From: the human T2T-CHM13v2.0 reference genome, Homo sapiens
Length of the DNA stretch: 64,000 nucleotides
Assembly (NCBI RefSeq): GCF_009914755.1
Contig: NC_060927.1
Reading direction: 5' to 3' (one strand)
The translations under genes were made by a program, and so were the position numbers. The notes beneath the pieces are model-generated. The model had not been told where the DNA came from. It did no database searches and saw only the letters and a list, made by a program, of their open reading frames with translations. Shown here in pieces: positions 39,801 through 52,725 of the stretch. The stretch's first letter is position 1. Each line of letters opens with the position of its first letter.

Positions 39801-42551
39801 TTTTGTCCACGATGCCAATCCGTAGATATGATGTTGGCCCACATACTCCATACAGTTCTGCTTTGCAGCTGCAAAGTAGATGAGGGGCCAGGAGGGGGAG
39901 TAGAAGTTAAAATATTGCAGACAGAGCTACCCTAAAATTCATGATAAAATGATTAATGCTGATGACAGATGGAGAAGTAAGCAAGGCCAGCCAGAAAACA
40001 CCACCAACTGGTACCTAAGGACAAAGAATGAGGACTTCCAAAATGACAAACAGAACAGTAATTGAAAAAAAATCACATGTGCAATTATTAAAAAGGGGAA
40101 ACTGTAGTAGGAGACAAACCATTTCTCAAATATAAATGCAAATGGTGGTTGTATATGTTTCAGCCAGACAATGGTGCTTCAATGTATCACCGTCATGAAA
40201 GAACAATGAGGCTTAGGCTAAGTTTGTGTGTTGATTTTCCATGAAATCCACAAAAACAGGCTATAATTTTCAAGTAAATAGCTCTCCTATGGTAAAATAC
40301 TAATGCTTTTCTTGCATACCTTTTCTTTTTTTTTTCTCTCAGAAAGCACAAGATAGATCCAGGTAGCCTTGCTGATGAATGTCAGATATTTTAAGCTTCC
40401 TTTATTATTTTTTATTTCTACGAAGAGTAAGGCAAGAGGGAATAGTGCTCTACATGATGATATCTGCTCCATTCTGAGCAAAAGTGCTTTTAAATCCCCC
40501 AAGCCTGGTCTCAAAATACTCTCCTATGTAAAATACCAAGGGAAAAAGAAAACCCTAGGGACAAATAAAGGATGAACCAGATGATGACATTTTTTCTTTT
40601 GATATTTTTTCCCTTTCTAAGGTTACATATGCTTGCCTTCACTGTCCATTACAAATATGCTTTGTCCTTTAACTGAGTCAGAATGCCACCTGGGTGTGCC
40701 ACTTCCTCACAATTATGCTGTAAATATGTTGATTTATGCATACAATTATGCATCTTATATTATATTATGTAAATGTGGCTATAAACCTAATGTAGACCAT
40801 TCTTCAGAAAGAAATTTTAAAAATTCCTTGTAAAAGTTATCATATATTATCAAACTTTTTTGTTTCTCCACAAATATATGTAAACATTGAAACCCTTAAA
40901 CGGCCTGGTACATGAAAGTTACTCAATACTATTGACTTTGTTTCTTCTTATTCCTCTTTCCACCTCAGGCAGCAGACAGGAAAAGAAAAAAAAATACAAA
41001 AAGAATCCATGGAGATAAGAATTGTATGATTATTATAATGTTAACATTTGTATAATATTTTGGAATGGTGGCTTTTATGGCAAGTTTTACGCATGCATCA
41101 GCAGTTAATCAATCATATTAGACAGAACAGTATGAAGGGTAAAGTATTCAGGAGTCTCAATTGCTGCTCTCCACCTTTTCCCTCAACATTTCCCCACACT
41201 GTCTGAGATCCTTGTTGCTGTATGGATAATACAGCCCATGATTAGGAAAAAACATTCATCTTGACTGCAAAGTAGTATAGGGTTAGTTTCCAAAAACGAA
41301 AAATATGGAGAAAAGGAACATGCATTTTTGCCAGTTCTCCCTCTTACTGAATTTCTTGCTTACCTCAAGCATAAATTTCCTCTTTTGCATAAGAGGGATA
41401 TGAATGTTTTGAAAATTCAGCAGGTAAAACATTTCAGCATATTTAGTTTGGGCCCTGGCACAGAGTAACTTTTGTAGCTGCTATTTGATTTAATGTCTAG
41501 AGAAAAATTCAGTATCACTGCCCAAAATGGTTATTCCTTAAAACGTCTTTGTTTTATTATAAAAGCGGTAAAATCTTGTGACAGAAAAATTGGTAAGTGG
41601 AGAATATTACAAAAATAGCTCCCAGTTATATTTTCCATAACACATATAATTTTGGGGTACTTTTTCTAGTTTTTTTCTTTTTTAATCTCATGGTGTTTCA
41701 TTTTTGTCTTGGTAATCATTCTGTACACACAATTTGGCATACTCCATTTTTGTACTGTTTTTCATATTATTTCATAACCATGAAATTTTAATACCCACAG
41801 AAAACTTTATGTAAGAAAAGTGTATTTAATTATTTTAAATTGCCTCATTTAAAAATTTAAGAAAATTTTTAAAGCAAAATACGCTTGTAACAATTATTCT
41901 TAGGCAGCTATTAAAATAAGTTTATTGATTACACTATGTATGGGTGATATTAATTCACATCCTTGCCACAGAACTTTTTTTTTTGTTTATCATCGTTTCA
42001 GCATGAAGGGATTAGTGAAGTACCTAGTATTCAAAATATGCTATATTTGAATTACTTCTCAGCTAGAGTAAATGCAGTATGCCAAAAAGATAGCCCAAAG
42101 CCCTGGATACACTAACAAATGCATTGTATGTGGAAATGATAGATTTTTTCTGGAAGTAAATTATTCATCTGCCTGGATCTCTGAAAATATTAGCCAAGCA
42201 AAAATAGTTGCTGAGAACACAGTAAATTTTACAGTATATTTTTTCCCCTGACAAAATATTTTGAGAAATTTGTTGGTCAAAGAAATTTTTATTTCTCCTC
42301 CCATTCTTATTAAACATTATTCATAGAAAAAAAATTCATTATCTAAGTTCCATGGACCGCACTGGAGTTTCATGGATGGACATTGGGAGTTTCATATGTT
42401 GCTTAAAATTGTGCACCAAATCTAGAATTTTCGAACCTTTCTAGATTGGTCTTGGGAGACGGGCTTTACTTTTTTCATAGCATCTAGTGCTGGACATAAC
42501 GATGTCAAAGTTTCCTTCCAACTATAAAGAAATGTGTTTTTGATGGTCTGC

Positions 42552-44899
42552 TGATATGATGGTCTCAATGTCTCCCAAAATTCATGTGTTAAAACCGAAT
42601 CCCGGTTGTGGTGGTATTATGGGGAGGGGGCCTTTCGGGAAGTGATTAAGTCATGAGGGCTCTGCCCTTATGAATGTATTCGTGCCTCATAAAAGGGCTT
42701 GAGGGAACTAGCAAAGATCCTTTTTACCTTCTGCTTTGTCATATAGAGGACGCAGCAAGAAGGCTCTCAGCAGACAGCAAATGTTTGTGCCTTCATCTTG
42801 TACTTCCCATCCTTCGGAACTGTGAGAAATACATTTCTGTCCTTTATAAATTACCCAGTCTGTGTATTCTGTTATAGAAGCACAAATGGACTAAGAAATT
42901 GGTGCTGAGAAGTGGGGTGTTGCCATAACAAATACCTAAAAATGTGGAAGCAGCTTTGAACTGGGTAATGGGTAGAGGCTGAAGCAATTTTGAAGGTCAT
43001 GTTTGAAAACATTTAGAATGCCATGGAGCATTAAGGGTGACTCTGGTGAGGCTTAGAAGAAAAGGATAGGTATAGAGAAAGCCTCAGTCTTAGAGATTAT
43101 CTAAGTGGTTGTGAACAGAATGTTTGTAGATGTATGGACAGTAAAGGCCATTTGAATGAGGTCTTAGGTGGAAATGAGGAAGGTGTTACTGGAAACTGAA
43201 GGAAAGGCCATCCTTGTTTCAAAGTGGCAAAGATCATGGCTGAATTATGTTTGTGTCATAGTACTTTGTGGAAGGCAGAATTTAAGAGCAATGAACTAGG
43301 ATATTTAGCTGAAGAAATCTCTAATCATTTGTTTAGGATACTAGATGGCTTATTTTAAACTACTTTTAGTAAAATATAAGAAGAAAGAAATGAGTGAAAG
43401 ACTGAATTAATAATCAAAGAAGAAGCAGAACATGAAAGATCTGGGAAATTCTCAGCTTGACTATGTAAAGAATAAAAAAGCATATTTAGGAGAGAAAACT
43501 AAGGAGGTAGCCAACGGTCCCGTTGATAAGAAGATTAGTACGGATTGAAGGAAGCCAGATGCTATTCATCAAGACTATGGGAGAATGACCCTGAGGGCAT
43601 TTTGGAGATCTTCCAGGCTACCTTGCCATCACAGGCCCAGAGTCAGAACACTGAGTGCAGAATGGTTTCAAGGGAGAGACCCAGGTCACTACAGAGTTCC
43701 AGGGTGCCTGTGGGACTGCAGGGATCACTGCCCAGGCTGCCTCAAGTCTCAGCTGGCTGCATTCTGGCGTAGCACTCTTTGGCTGCTCCAGATGTGACTC
43801 AGGTGGGCTCAGGTGCAGCTTGGGCCACCACTGCAGAGGGCACGAGTTGTAAAGCTTGGTGGTGTCCACCTGATACTAAATCTGCTGGCACACAGAGTGA
43901 ACAAGCATTGGATGCACAGCTACCTCCACCTAGATTGCAAAGGATGGCTGAGAGTATCCCCACTAGGGAAATGTCTAGTGGAGTTGGGAGAGTGGGGCTG
44001 CCCCCAAGATCTTAGAACTGCAGAGACAAGAATGTGATCCCAGCCGCATAGATCTTCAGACACCTGACTCCAATCAATAAGAGCTGCTGTGTGAATGCAC
44101 CCCACAGAGCTGTGAGGGTGGGCCCCTTCAGGGCCTTAGAGGCCCAACCCTCAACCCAGTGTGTCCAAAAGGTGGGATATGCAGCCAAAGAATATTATTC
44201 TCAAGCCTTAAAATTTAATGTTTTTTGCCTTATTGGATTTTTAACTTATTTGGGACTTACTCCTTTCTTCTTTCTTATTGCTCCCTTTTGGAATGGGAAT
44301 GTCTAAACTATGTTTGTCCCATCACTGTATATGTAGTACATAACTTCTATGATATCACAGTTTCAGAGCTGGAGAACGATTTGCCTCAGGATAAATTGTA
44401 CCTTTAGTCTCATCCATATCTAATTTAAATGAGAGTCTGGAGAGACGACTTTTGAGTGAATGCTAGAATTAGTTAAGAACTTTGAGTTGTTGATATGAAA
44501 TAAAAATATATTTTCCATGTGGGAAAGACATAAATGTTGGGGCCAGGGCAGAATGCTACGGTATGAGTGGCCCCCTAAATTTATGTGTTGAAACTTAATC
44601 TCCGTTGTAATCGTAGTAAGAGGTAGGGCCTTTTGGGGAATGATTAAGTCATGAGGGATCCACCCTCATGAATGGATTAGTTCCTCATAAAAGGGCTCAA
44701 GGGGACTATCCTAGGTCCTTTTTGCCCTTTTGTCTTCTGCCATGTGAGGACACAGCCAGAAGGCCCTCAGCAGACACCAAATGCCAATGCCTTGATCTTG
44801 GACTTCTCTGCCTCCAGAACTGTGAGAAATAAATCTCTGTACTTTATAAGTTACTCAGTCTGTGGTATTCTCTTGCAGCAGCACAAATGGAATAAGACA
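42552..44899 (+). mobile_element. Full-length MaLR provirus (MST/MLT1A group): 5' LTR 42552-42896, internal 42897-44553, 3' LTR 44554-44899
   Basis: Two homologous ~345-bp LTRs (GTCATGAGGG...ATGAATG...CTCATAAAAGGGCT...GCACAAATGG) around a MaLR-type internal region. Confidence 0.9.
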
Positions 44900-45769
44900 C
44901 CTGGCTCACCCCTGTGTTTGGAAATACGTGCTCCCATGTGGAGACCAGTCCTAGCTCTCCCACTTCCCTCTAAAATAGCTTAACATTGACAGGGCTGCAT
45001 AGAAATAATCTGAATGTGGAAATTACAGGTGGTGGGAGATCCTTGACATTTTGAAGACATAAATTAGACAGGTTTGACATGGGGTGCTAGAAACAAACAA
45101 ACAAACAAACAAGCATATAAAACATAAACCAAACTCTTTCCCCAGTGGTAGAATGCCCAAGCCACAAGTTGTTCCATTTTTCCTTCCTCAGGCTAAAAAT
45201 AGTGGTTCTGTTTGGAGGGGCTCACAGCTTTTAAAATGTGAATGTGCCCAGTTATTCTAACATTCTGTTTTCTTCTTTATAACCAGTAAGATGCCTTAGA
45301 ACATTCTACCATCCAGAAATTGGGACCAAATCAATAAATTGTAAACACTTCACAATTCCTTTCCCTTATTCTTTTTCACAAATAATATCTGTGCAAATAA
45401 GTAAAATCTTACTAATGCTTTTCTTCTTTTTCCATTTTATACTTTTAAAATGTTTAAATTTCTATGATAGTCACAGAAAAATGTTTTCTAAAAATCAGAG
45501 AAGCTGCACTACATTTCTAGAATATAAAATCAGATCTGGAGATTATCAATTTTTATTTCAGTGCCTAAATTTTTCAAAACTGTGTAAAAGGGAACCAACA
45601 TATGCATGCTAGTGACGTACCAGAAACTGAGCTAAGAGGATTACTTACATTATTTCATGTGATCCTCAGAGCAACTTCAAGTTGCTATTTTCAACTTATT
45701 TTATTTATGAGGAAGCAGGCCCTAGAATATTAGGTAACTTGTCAGAAATCCCAAAGCTGGTATACAGAT

Positions 45770-46129
45770 ATACTAGTCCATTTGTGTTGCTGTAATAAAA
45801 ATATTATCAACTGGGAGGTTTGAGCAATGCACATTTATTTATCAGAGTTCTGGAGGTTGGGAAGTCCAAGGTCAAAGCACTGGCAGATTTGGTGTCGTGT
45901 TAGGGCCCATTCCTCATAAATGACATTGTCTTGCTTCATCCACACATGATGGAAAAGGGAAAGAGAACTTTGTAGGATTTTTTTATTAAGGGCACTAATC
46001 CCATTCAGGAAGGCTCTACACTCATGACCTAATCATTTCCCAAATGCCCCACTTCCTAATACCATCACATTGGGGGTTAGGATTTCAACACATAAATTTT
46101 GAGAGGACACAAACATTCTGTCAATAACA
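45770..46129 (-). mobile_element. MST/MLT1A-type solo LTR nested in a MIR
   Basis: TTCTGGAGGTTGGGAAGTCCAAGGTCAA...CATCACATTGGGGGTTAGGATTTCAACA. Confidence 0.8.
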
Positions 46130-47076
46130 ATGGCAAAAATGAGAGTTAATCAAGAGTTTTCCTATTTCATCATCATTCTAAACCTTACTTTTTTATTACA
46201 GGGACTAGAGATTCTTTTATAATCACATGTCAGAAAATGAGTATGACAGTATGCTTCATTGGAATAAAACTGGCAGAGAATAGCATGATTATGCTGTGGT
46301 TTCTATTTGAGATTGGAAAGATATTGCTGAGAATAAGCCATTTTGATCAATACAATATTGGGGGGATGGTGTGAAGAGCAGAAGCAATTGACTTGAAGGT
46401 CTACAATGCCATGAATTTACCACCTAATTAAGGATGCTTGAGTTATGCAAATTATTAATCTAAAAGAATCACATCATTAATATTTGAGCCATATTTATTC
46501 GTTAGGCAAAATGGATCTACTTAGATACAACACTTACCATTACTTCAAATGTAGATGTAGCAATGCTTTCATTTACCTCAAACTTCTCTCCACACTGACA
46601 ACTCATTCAGTCTTAATGATTCTCCCACAGATTTGCTTATAGGTGCTTTCAGCTGTGGGGGGTCAACTGAGACACAAAGCTTTAGTGAACACTGGTATGC
46701 CATTTCCTCCATTACAGTGAGCAAATGAGGCGCTTTGTCCAAGACAGTTTACTAAATGTGCTCGGTGTAATGAGCTCTGCATTATAATACACTGAGCATG
46801 TGGCTACTTTTGGCTTAGAAAAGAGCCCTATCAGAGCTGGTGGCTAACCTCAGTAGCTTTCACAGTGGTGCTGTGATATCACAAGGGCTCAGGATAGCCT
46901 GGCAAGACATTTGCTTTTGCCAGTGCTAAATTAAGGGCTACTGTTCTTATTTTTATTGAGTGTTAGGGAAATAAAAAGATACACACCTTATTTTCTTCTT
47001 TCCTTTCTCCATTCCATCTCCCCTCCTTCACTTCCTTTTTTCCCACAACCTAAACCGAAACCCTTTCTCATGCTTG

Positions 47077-47272
47077 CTCTTTCCCTCCCTCCCTCCCTCC
47101 CTCCCTCCCTCCCTTCCTTCCTCCCTTCCTTCCTTCCTTCCTTCCTTCCTTCCTTCCTTCCCTCCTTCCTCCCTCCCTCCCTCCCTCCCTTCCTTCCTTC
47201 CTCCCTCCCTTCCTTCCTTCTTTTTCTTTCTTTTTCTTTTCTTTTCATTTTTCTTTTCTTTCTTCTCCTTTT
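47077..47272. repeat. Compound (CCCT)n/(CCTT)n/(CTTT)n polypyrimidine tract
   Basis: Read directly. Confidence 0.95.
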
Positions 47273-47324
47273 CACAAATATGTTTTATATTAGAAGTAAG
47301 TGTGGAAAGAGCATGGTCTGGTCC

Positions 47325-47680
47325 AGGGACTGGTACTCTTTAACTATAAAGTGTCAGCAAATAGTTTACTTTTGTGGGCCATGTGATCTCTGTCACAATG
47401 ACTCAACTACGCTTTTGTGACATAAATGCAGCCATAGACATACTTGTAGGTATTAGTGTGGCTGTGTCCTAATAAAATTGTATTTATGTGTATTATGTGT
47501 CCTAATAAAATTGTATTTATGAGTATTATGTGTCCTAATAAAATTGTATTTGAATTTCATACAAATTTTATGTATCAAGAAATATCATCCTTTTGAATTG
47601 TTTCTAACAATTAAAAAATATAAAAAATAGAAATCTTAACTCACAGACTTTACAGAAAGAGGCATCAGTGTAGGTCTCTG
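47325..47680. mobile_element. MER58B-like MITE containing a 33-bp tandem repeat (47463-47551)
   Basis: TTTGTGGGCCATGTGATCTCTGTCACAATGACTCAACT...GCAGCCATAGACA. Confidence 0.75.
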
Positions 47681-47914
47681 GTCAGAGGCCAATTCAGCTC
47701 TGATGTCTGCCTGGTTCCATATGCTAAAATTTGGCATTTAATGTTTCTCTCAAAGACATTACCTCTGTCTAAAAGATCACTTTCACAATTTCTACTCCAT
47801 GCTCAAAATTCCCAGACTTATCTTTTATTCTCTGACTCTGCATACCCTTTGACCCTTAACACTAAACTCAAGTGATTTATTTTTCATGAAATCTCTTCTT
47901 ATCTTTCTTCTTTC

Positions 47915-48277
47915 CATTAGCTTTTCAGCTGAGGCTGTCATAACATAATAACACAGACAGGGTGCCTTAAAGATCAGAAATGTATTTTTCACAGTTCTGG
48001 AGGCTGGAAATCCACGATCAAGTTGTTGGCAGGTTTGGTTTCTCCAGAGGCCTCTCTCCTTAGCTTGCAGATGGCTGCCATCTTGCTGTGTCCTCACATG
48101 GCTTTTCCTCTTTCTGCGTGCATGCCTGGAGTCTCTCTCTTATTCTAAAGACCCTACCCTTATGACCTTGTTTAACTTTGATTATCTTCTTAAAGGGCCT
48201 GTCTCAAAAAACAGTCACATTGGGGGTTAGGACTTCAGTGTCCTAATTTGAGGGAAAAGGAATTCAGTCCATAACAC
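47915..48277 (-). mobile_element. MLT1A0-like solo LTR
   Basis: CACAGTTCTGGAGGCTGGAAATCC...GCTTGCAGATGGCTGCCATCTTGCTGTGTCCTCACATGG. Confidence 0.85.
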
Positions 48278-50296
48278 TCTCAATTAGATGTATGAAACTT
48301 AAGGAGAGCAAAAAACTCAGCAATCAAGACAGATAATATTTTAATACGATATTTTAAAAATAAAAATCAATGCAAAAAATCAATGATAAAAAATCAAAAT
48401 TTTAAATAAAGGCAGGATCAATATTATTGATTTTTCTTTTTGTCTCAGACTTTAATATGGCTCAGCATAACACTGACTTCTTCCTCTTTGCTACTTCAGC
48501 CTATCCTTCATTTTGGTCCTGTTTTCACTTATGATATGTAGCATCCCCTTCCTTGATTATGCATTTTTGAAATCGGGGATTCTAACTATAATTACTTCCT
48601 CAATTTTTAGCACACTATCTAGCATATAATAAGTACACAATAATGTACTTTTAAAATGTGTACCCTCTGGTGTGGCATAAGGGTCTAATGTAGCCACTCA
48701 AATATTTGGAATACTTTTAAAAATCAGAAATGTGTAAAGAAGTACACTGCAAGGACCTTTCTCATGATGTTTATGATGAAAACATTTTGTGTTAGGCAAA
48801 CATTTCTGGAAAGTGTGAAGAAAATGGAAGAGGATGCAAACAATGTGAATGATAATATGATGGTACCTATGAGATAAGAGGAAGAGCAAAATCTTTTCGA
48901 GAAATATACTATGCAGCAAAGTCATACACGAGGCTTGTCATATGGGATACTTCCTTTAAACTTCACATCTTTAGTTTAAATTTATAGGTGAGAAAACAAA
49001 GGAGTTAAGTAGTTAAGTAACTTATAGCCCATAGCCAAATGCAGATTAGAGAGGATTAAATCATTCTGAATCCCGTAAGACTCACTTCCTAAGATTCTAT
49101 TTTGGTACATATTAAGGAATAGACATTATTTTTCTCTCAAGGGATTTACATTAACATAAGAGAATAACAAAGAGTAATGCAAATCATTAGTGACTTGAGG
49201 ATTCTGGCACAAAATTATCTCTGAAATTAACCATACTGCTCTTTCAAATTTCTCCTACCAGACAGTGAGCTGCTGGAGCATAAGCGCTATCCTACTAAAC
49301 TGTATTCACCATGACGCCACAGATTATAACGAATGCATTTTGACTTTTTCATTACAGTCACACTTGGTTTGCAGCAAACAGGGAGTTCATCAAGTCTGGA
49401 GAAAGGGACATTTCCCAGATCAGCACAGTGTACCCACACTTTGGAGGTACTCAGCCACAAGACCTCATGAAGTACATCCCAACTATGCTTATAGTTGCTG
49501 TGAAGAATTTATACCCCATCCTCCAAAAATCTGGCAATATTACTATGATTCTACCTTGATGTCCATTCACCAGAGGACCTGTTCTTGGTCTTCTGTTACC
49601 CTGCATTTATGTGTTACAATTTTGTTATTTCCAGCCTCATAAACTTTTCACCACCACTACCATTCAGAAGTCTGAATGTAATTGCTCTTTGCTTCCTGTC
49701 CTACAGCAAAAGTCTTCTCTGTGTTGACAGAAAATTTTTGACATGGGTTAGCATGTTAACATGCCCAATGCTGGCTTCTAAGACTAAATTCTTAGACTTA
49801 CTGTTTACCTTTGCCTACATGGGTGGGAAGATGAGATAGAGGGGGGATCTAGAAATATGAGGTCACCTGCTGTTATAACTTTGATAACTGTGTTTGTCAG
49901 ATAGTCATCACCTTCTTATGGGGGTGGGATATTTCAATTCTCAACAGGTTCAAGAGAATGAGAAGCTTCCCCATGTGCCCTTTAGTGGCAGCAGCAGAAC
50001 CTGAAAAGAAACTGGGAAAAAATCATATTCATGATGTGTATAAATATTGAGAAAGAAGCAACTGAACAAATAAGGTAATCTTTGGAATCCTGACTTCCTT
50101 TCTGCCTATAAGGATAGAGGCAGCTGGAATATAAAGGTAAAGGACACGGGCCTTAAATCCAGAAAATTTGGGACAAATCCCAGCTAGATTGCTCAACTGC
50201 CTATGTAGCCATTAGCATGTTATTCCATGTTTCTTCATTAGTATGTGGGGGATAATAACAAGCTCATTTTAGGATTGTTGAGATTATTAAAGGAGA

Positions 50297-50420
50297 TGCT
50301 AATGAAGCTTAAGCTTCAAGGCCTCTCACTTGCATAGGTCTTGTAACTCATTTTATACTAAAATTGTGTATTTTCTAAAAATGTAAACATTTTAGGTTCT
50401 AAAAAAATCTGAATCCATGC
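50297..50420. mobile_element. MER53-like hAT MITE
   Basis: GCTAATGAAGCTTAAGCTTCAAGGCCTCTCACTTGCA hallmark. Confidence 0.65.
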
Positions 50421-50814
50421 TTGTTTGAATCTTTCTCTTTTTAAAACACATTTAATATCAGATACTAGCAAGAGGAAGACAACAACTTATGGCAAGAAAT
50501 GACATACTTATATTTTTAACCAACTCTAAAATAACATAAAAGCATATGAGGTATTTAGGTAGGAAGAAATTTATTTAGAAACCTAACAGCATAATAGAAA
50601 TTATAGTGATTTATTCCATTTACCTTACTATTTGTGTTAATCTATATATACGACATTTTCTATACAGTTCTTGTTATAACTTGTTTGCATTTTGGATTTC
50701 AGCATGATCTGTTGAATGCAAAACTTGGAATTAAATCTGGAGCACAAGAGGAAGAGTTGGCTCTCTGTAGCAGCAAGGACAATTCCCTCATTTTAATAAT
50801 GAATTAGTAATATG

Positions 50815-51075
50815 TCTAATATTTAGTAATCACTTACCATGTGATGGGAATTGTTCTTAGGATCTGAACAATATTAACTCACTTAACTTCCAGAAGTAAT
50901 TTGAGAGGTAGATTCTATCACTGTTTTCATTTTACAGGGGAAAAACAGGGATACAGAGTAGTTAAGCCACTCCCCTATTCTCACAGATCTCAGCTATTAC
51001 ATAGAGGAGCCAGGACAGAAAGCCAAGATGTCTTACTGTACAGGCGATATCCTCAACCATCATGACAGACTGCCC
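50815..51075 (-). mobile_element. MIR SINE
   Basis: GAGGTAGATTCTATCACTGTTTTCATTTTACAG. Confidence 0.7.
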
Positions 51076-51117
51076 TCTGTAACTAAGGAGAAGGCACATT
51101 ATAAGAGTAAACATGAG

Positions 51118-51274
51118 GGCTGGGCATAGTAGCTCACACCTGTAATCTTAGCATTTTGGGAGGCTGAGACAGGAGGATCACTTGGAATGTGGAGCTTGAG
51201 GCTGCAGTGAGCTATGATTTCACCATAACCTGCGTGAAAGAATGAGGCCTTGTCTTGAAAAATAAATTTTTAAA
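51118..51274 (+). mobile_element. FRAM/Alu monomer
   Basis: Single right-arm-type monomer; TSD AA.AGTAAA.ATGAG at 51103-51117 and 51275-51289. Confidence 0.85.
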
Positions 51275-51574
51275 AATAGTAAAGATGAGGAGGATCCAGA
51301 GATTTGGAGTTGGGAAGAGGATAATACTTTCATGTTATGATATTGATTTTGTAAGTTAAAGATAACACAAAGTCAATAGTTGAGTACATTGGGACAAAAA
51401 GAAATATGAAGTAGTCATCTTGGATTAAAAAATGAATTTACTAAGAAAACATTGGGATTTTGGGGTAGTTTAGTTTAACGTTTGTGGCTACACATGTAAA
51501 AAGAGATCAGCACCATTTTAGGATTTTTCTTCAACAACCTTTAGCTCCTTTCTTATCTATTTGTCCTAGGTTGG

Positions 51575-51938
51575 TGTATTAGTCTATTTTCACACTGCTA
51601 ATAAAGACATACCTGAGACCGGGTAATTATAAAGGAAAGAGGTTTAATTTACTCACAGTTACACATGGCTGGGGAGGCCTCACAATCATGGCAGAAGGCA
51701 ATAAGGAGCAAGTCACATATTACATGGCAGCAGCAGAGAATGAGAACCAAGCAAAAGGGGTTCCCCCTTATAAAACCAACAAATCTTGTGAGACTTCTTC
51801 ACTACCAAGAGAACAGTATGAGGGAAATCACCCTCATGATTCAATTATCTCCCACCAGGTCCCTCCCACAACACATGGGAATTATGGGAGCTACAATTCA
51901 AGATGAGATTTGTCTGGGGACACAGCCAAACCATATCA
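51575..51938 (-). mobile_element. THE1B/C solo LTR
   Basis: TGTATTAGTC...ATAAAGACATACCTGAGAC...GGGGACACAGCCAAACCATATCA. Confidence 0.92.
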
Positions 51939-52531
51939 GTATACATTTGGATTTCATTCATGATTGGTTGTTTTCTCATGAGTGTGTCAAAGTGGAAACT
52001 AAAGAAAACGTATTAAAAGTATTTGCAAGGAGCTGGTTACAATTCTGGCCCATGCATTCTATAGTTCTGTGTTAGTAAAGAGGACATAACATGTGCAGAC
52101 ATGATAAAGTAATAGTTCCAATGAGGATAAAGAGTTATTGGAATAGGAGACTAGAGTAAGCAAGCTGGAAAGACCAGAGTTAGTGATCTAAAACTAGAAT
52201 TTTAGCTTTCAAGGCTTTGAAAGAAGCAATGTTATTGTTGATGACAATGTCTAAGTTTGAACCATTCGTGTGAGTGACTTAAGTAGGAGTGCAGAAAAAG
52301 CATGGCTCTTGAGGTAGTCGAGGAATTGAAATGCTAGGGGTTCTGTGGTTATCAAAAATGGTGGAAGGACCAGTAATGGAGAGCAAATTAGTGAGCTAGT
52401 TTGTAATGCCATCAAAGGATTAAAGGGAAATAATCAGAGAATGGTAAATAATAGCAGATTAGCTGTCAGAATGACTAAAGTGTCAAAAGGCATAAAGTTT
52501 TCAAGGAAGAATGTAAAACAGTGACTTAGAA

Positions 52532-52725
52532 TAGGGACTGGCAAACTATGAACTGTGAGCCAAATCCTTCTCACACTTTTTTTTGCAATAAAGTCTTATT
52601 GGAACACAGCTAAGCCCATTCATTTATGTATTGTCTATTGTTGTTTTGGAGGTACAATGGCAAAGTTAGATAGCTGCAAATATTTTCTATACGTATCATT
52701 ACAGAAAACATCACAGGCCTCTGAT
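52532..52725. mobile_element. MER58A-like MITE
   Basis: GGCAAACTATG...AATAAAGTCTTATTGGAACACAGC...CATTCATTTATGTATTGTCTAT. Confidence 0.7.

Noticed and set aside
46956-47420. 154-aa and 95-aa low-complexity ORFs
   Set aside because: Translations of the CCTT/CCCT repeat
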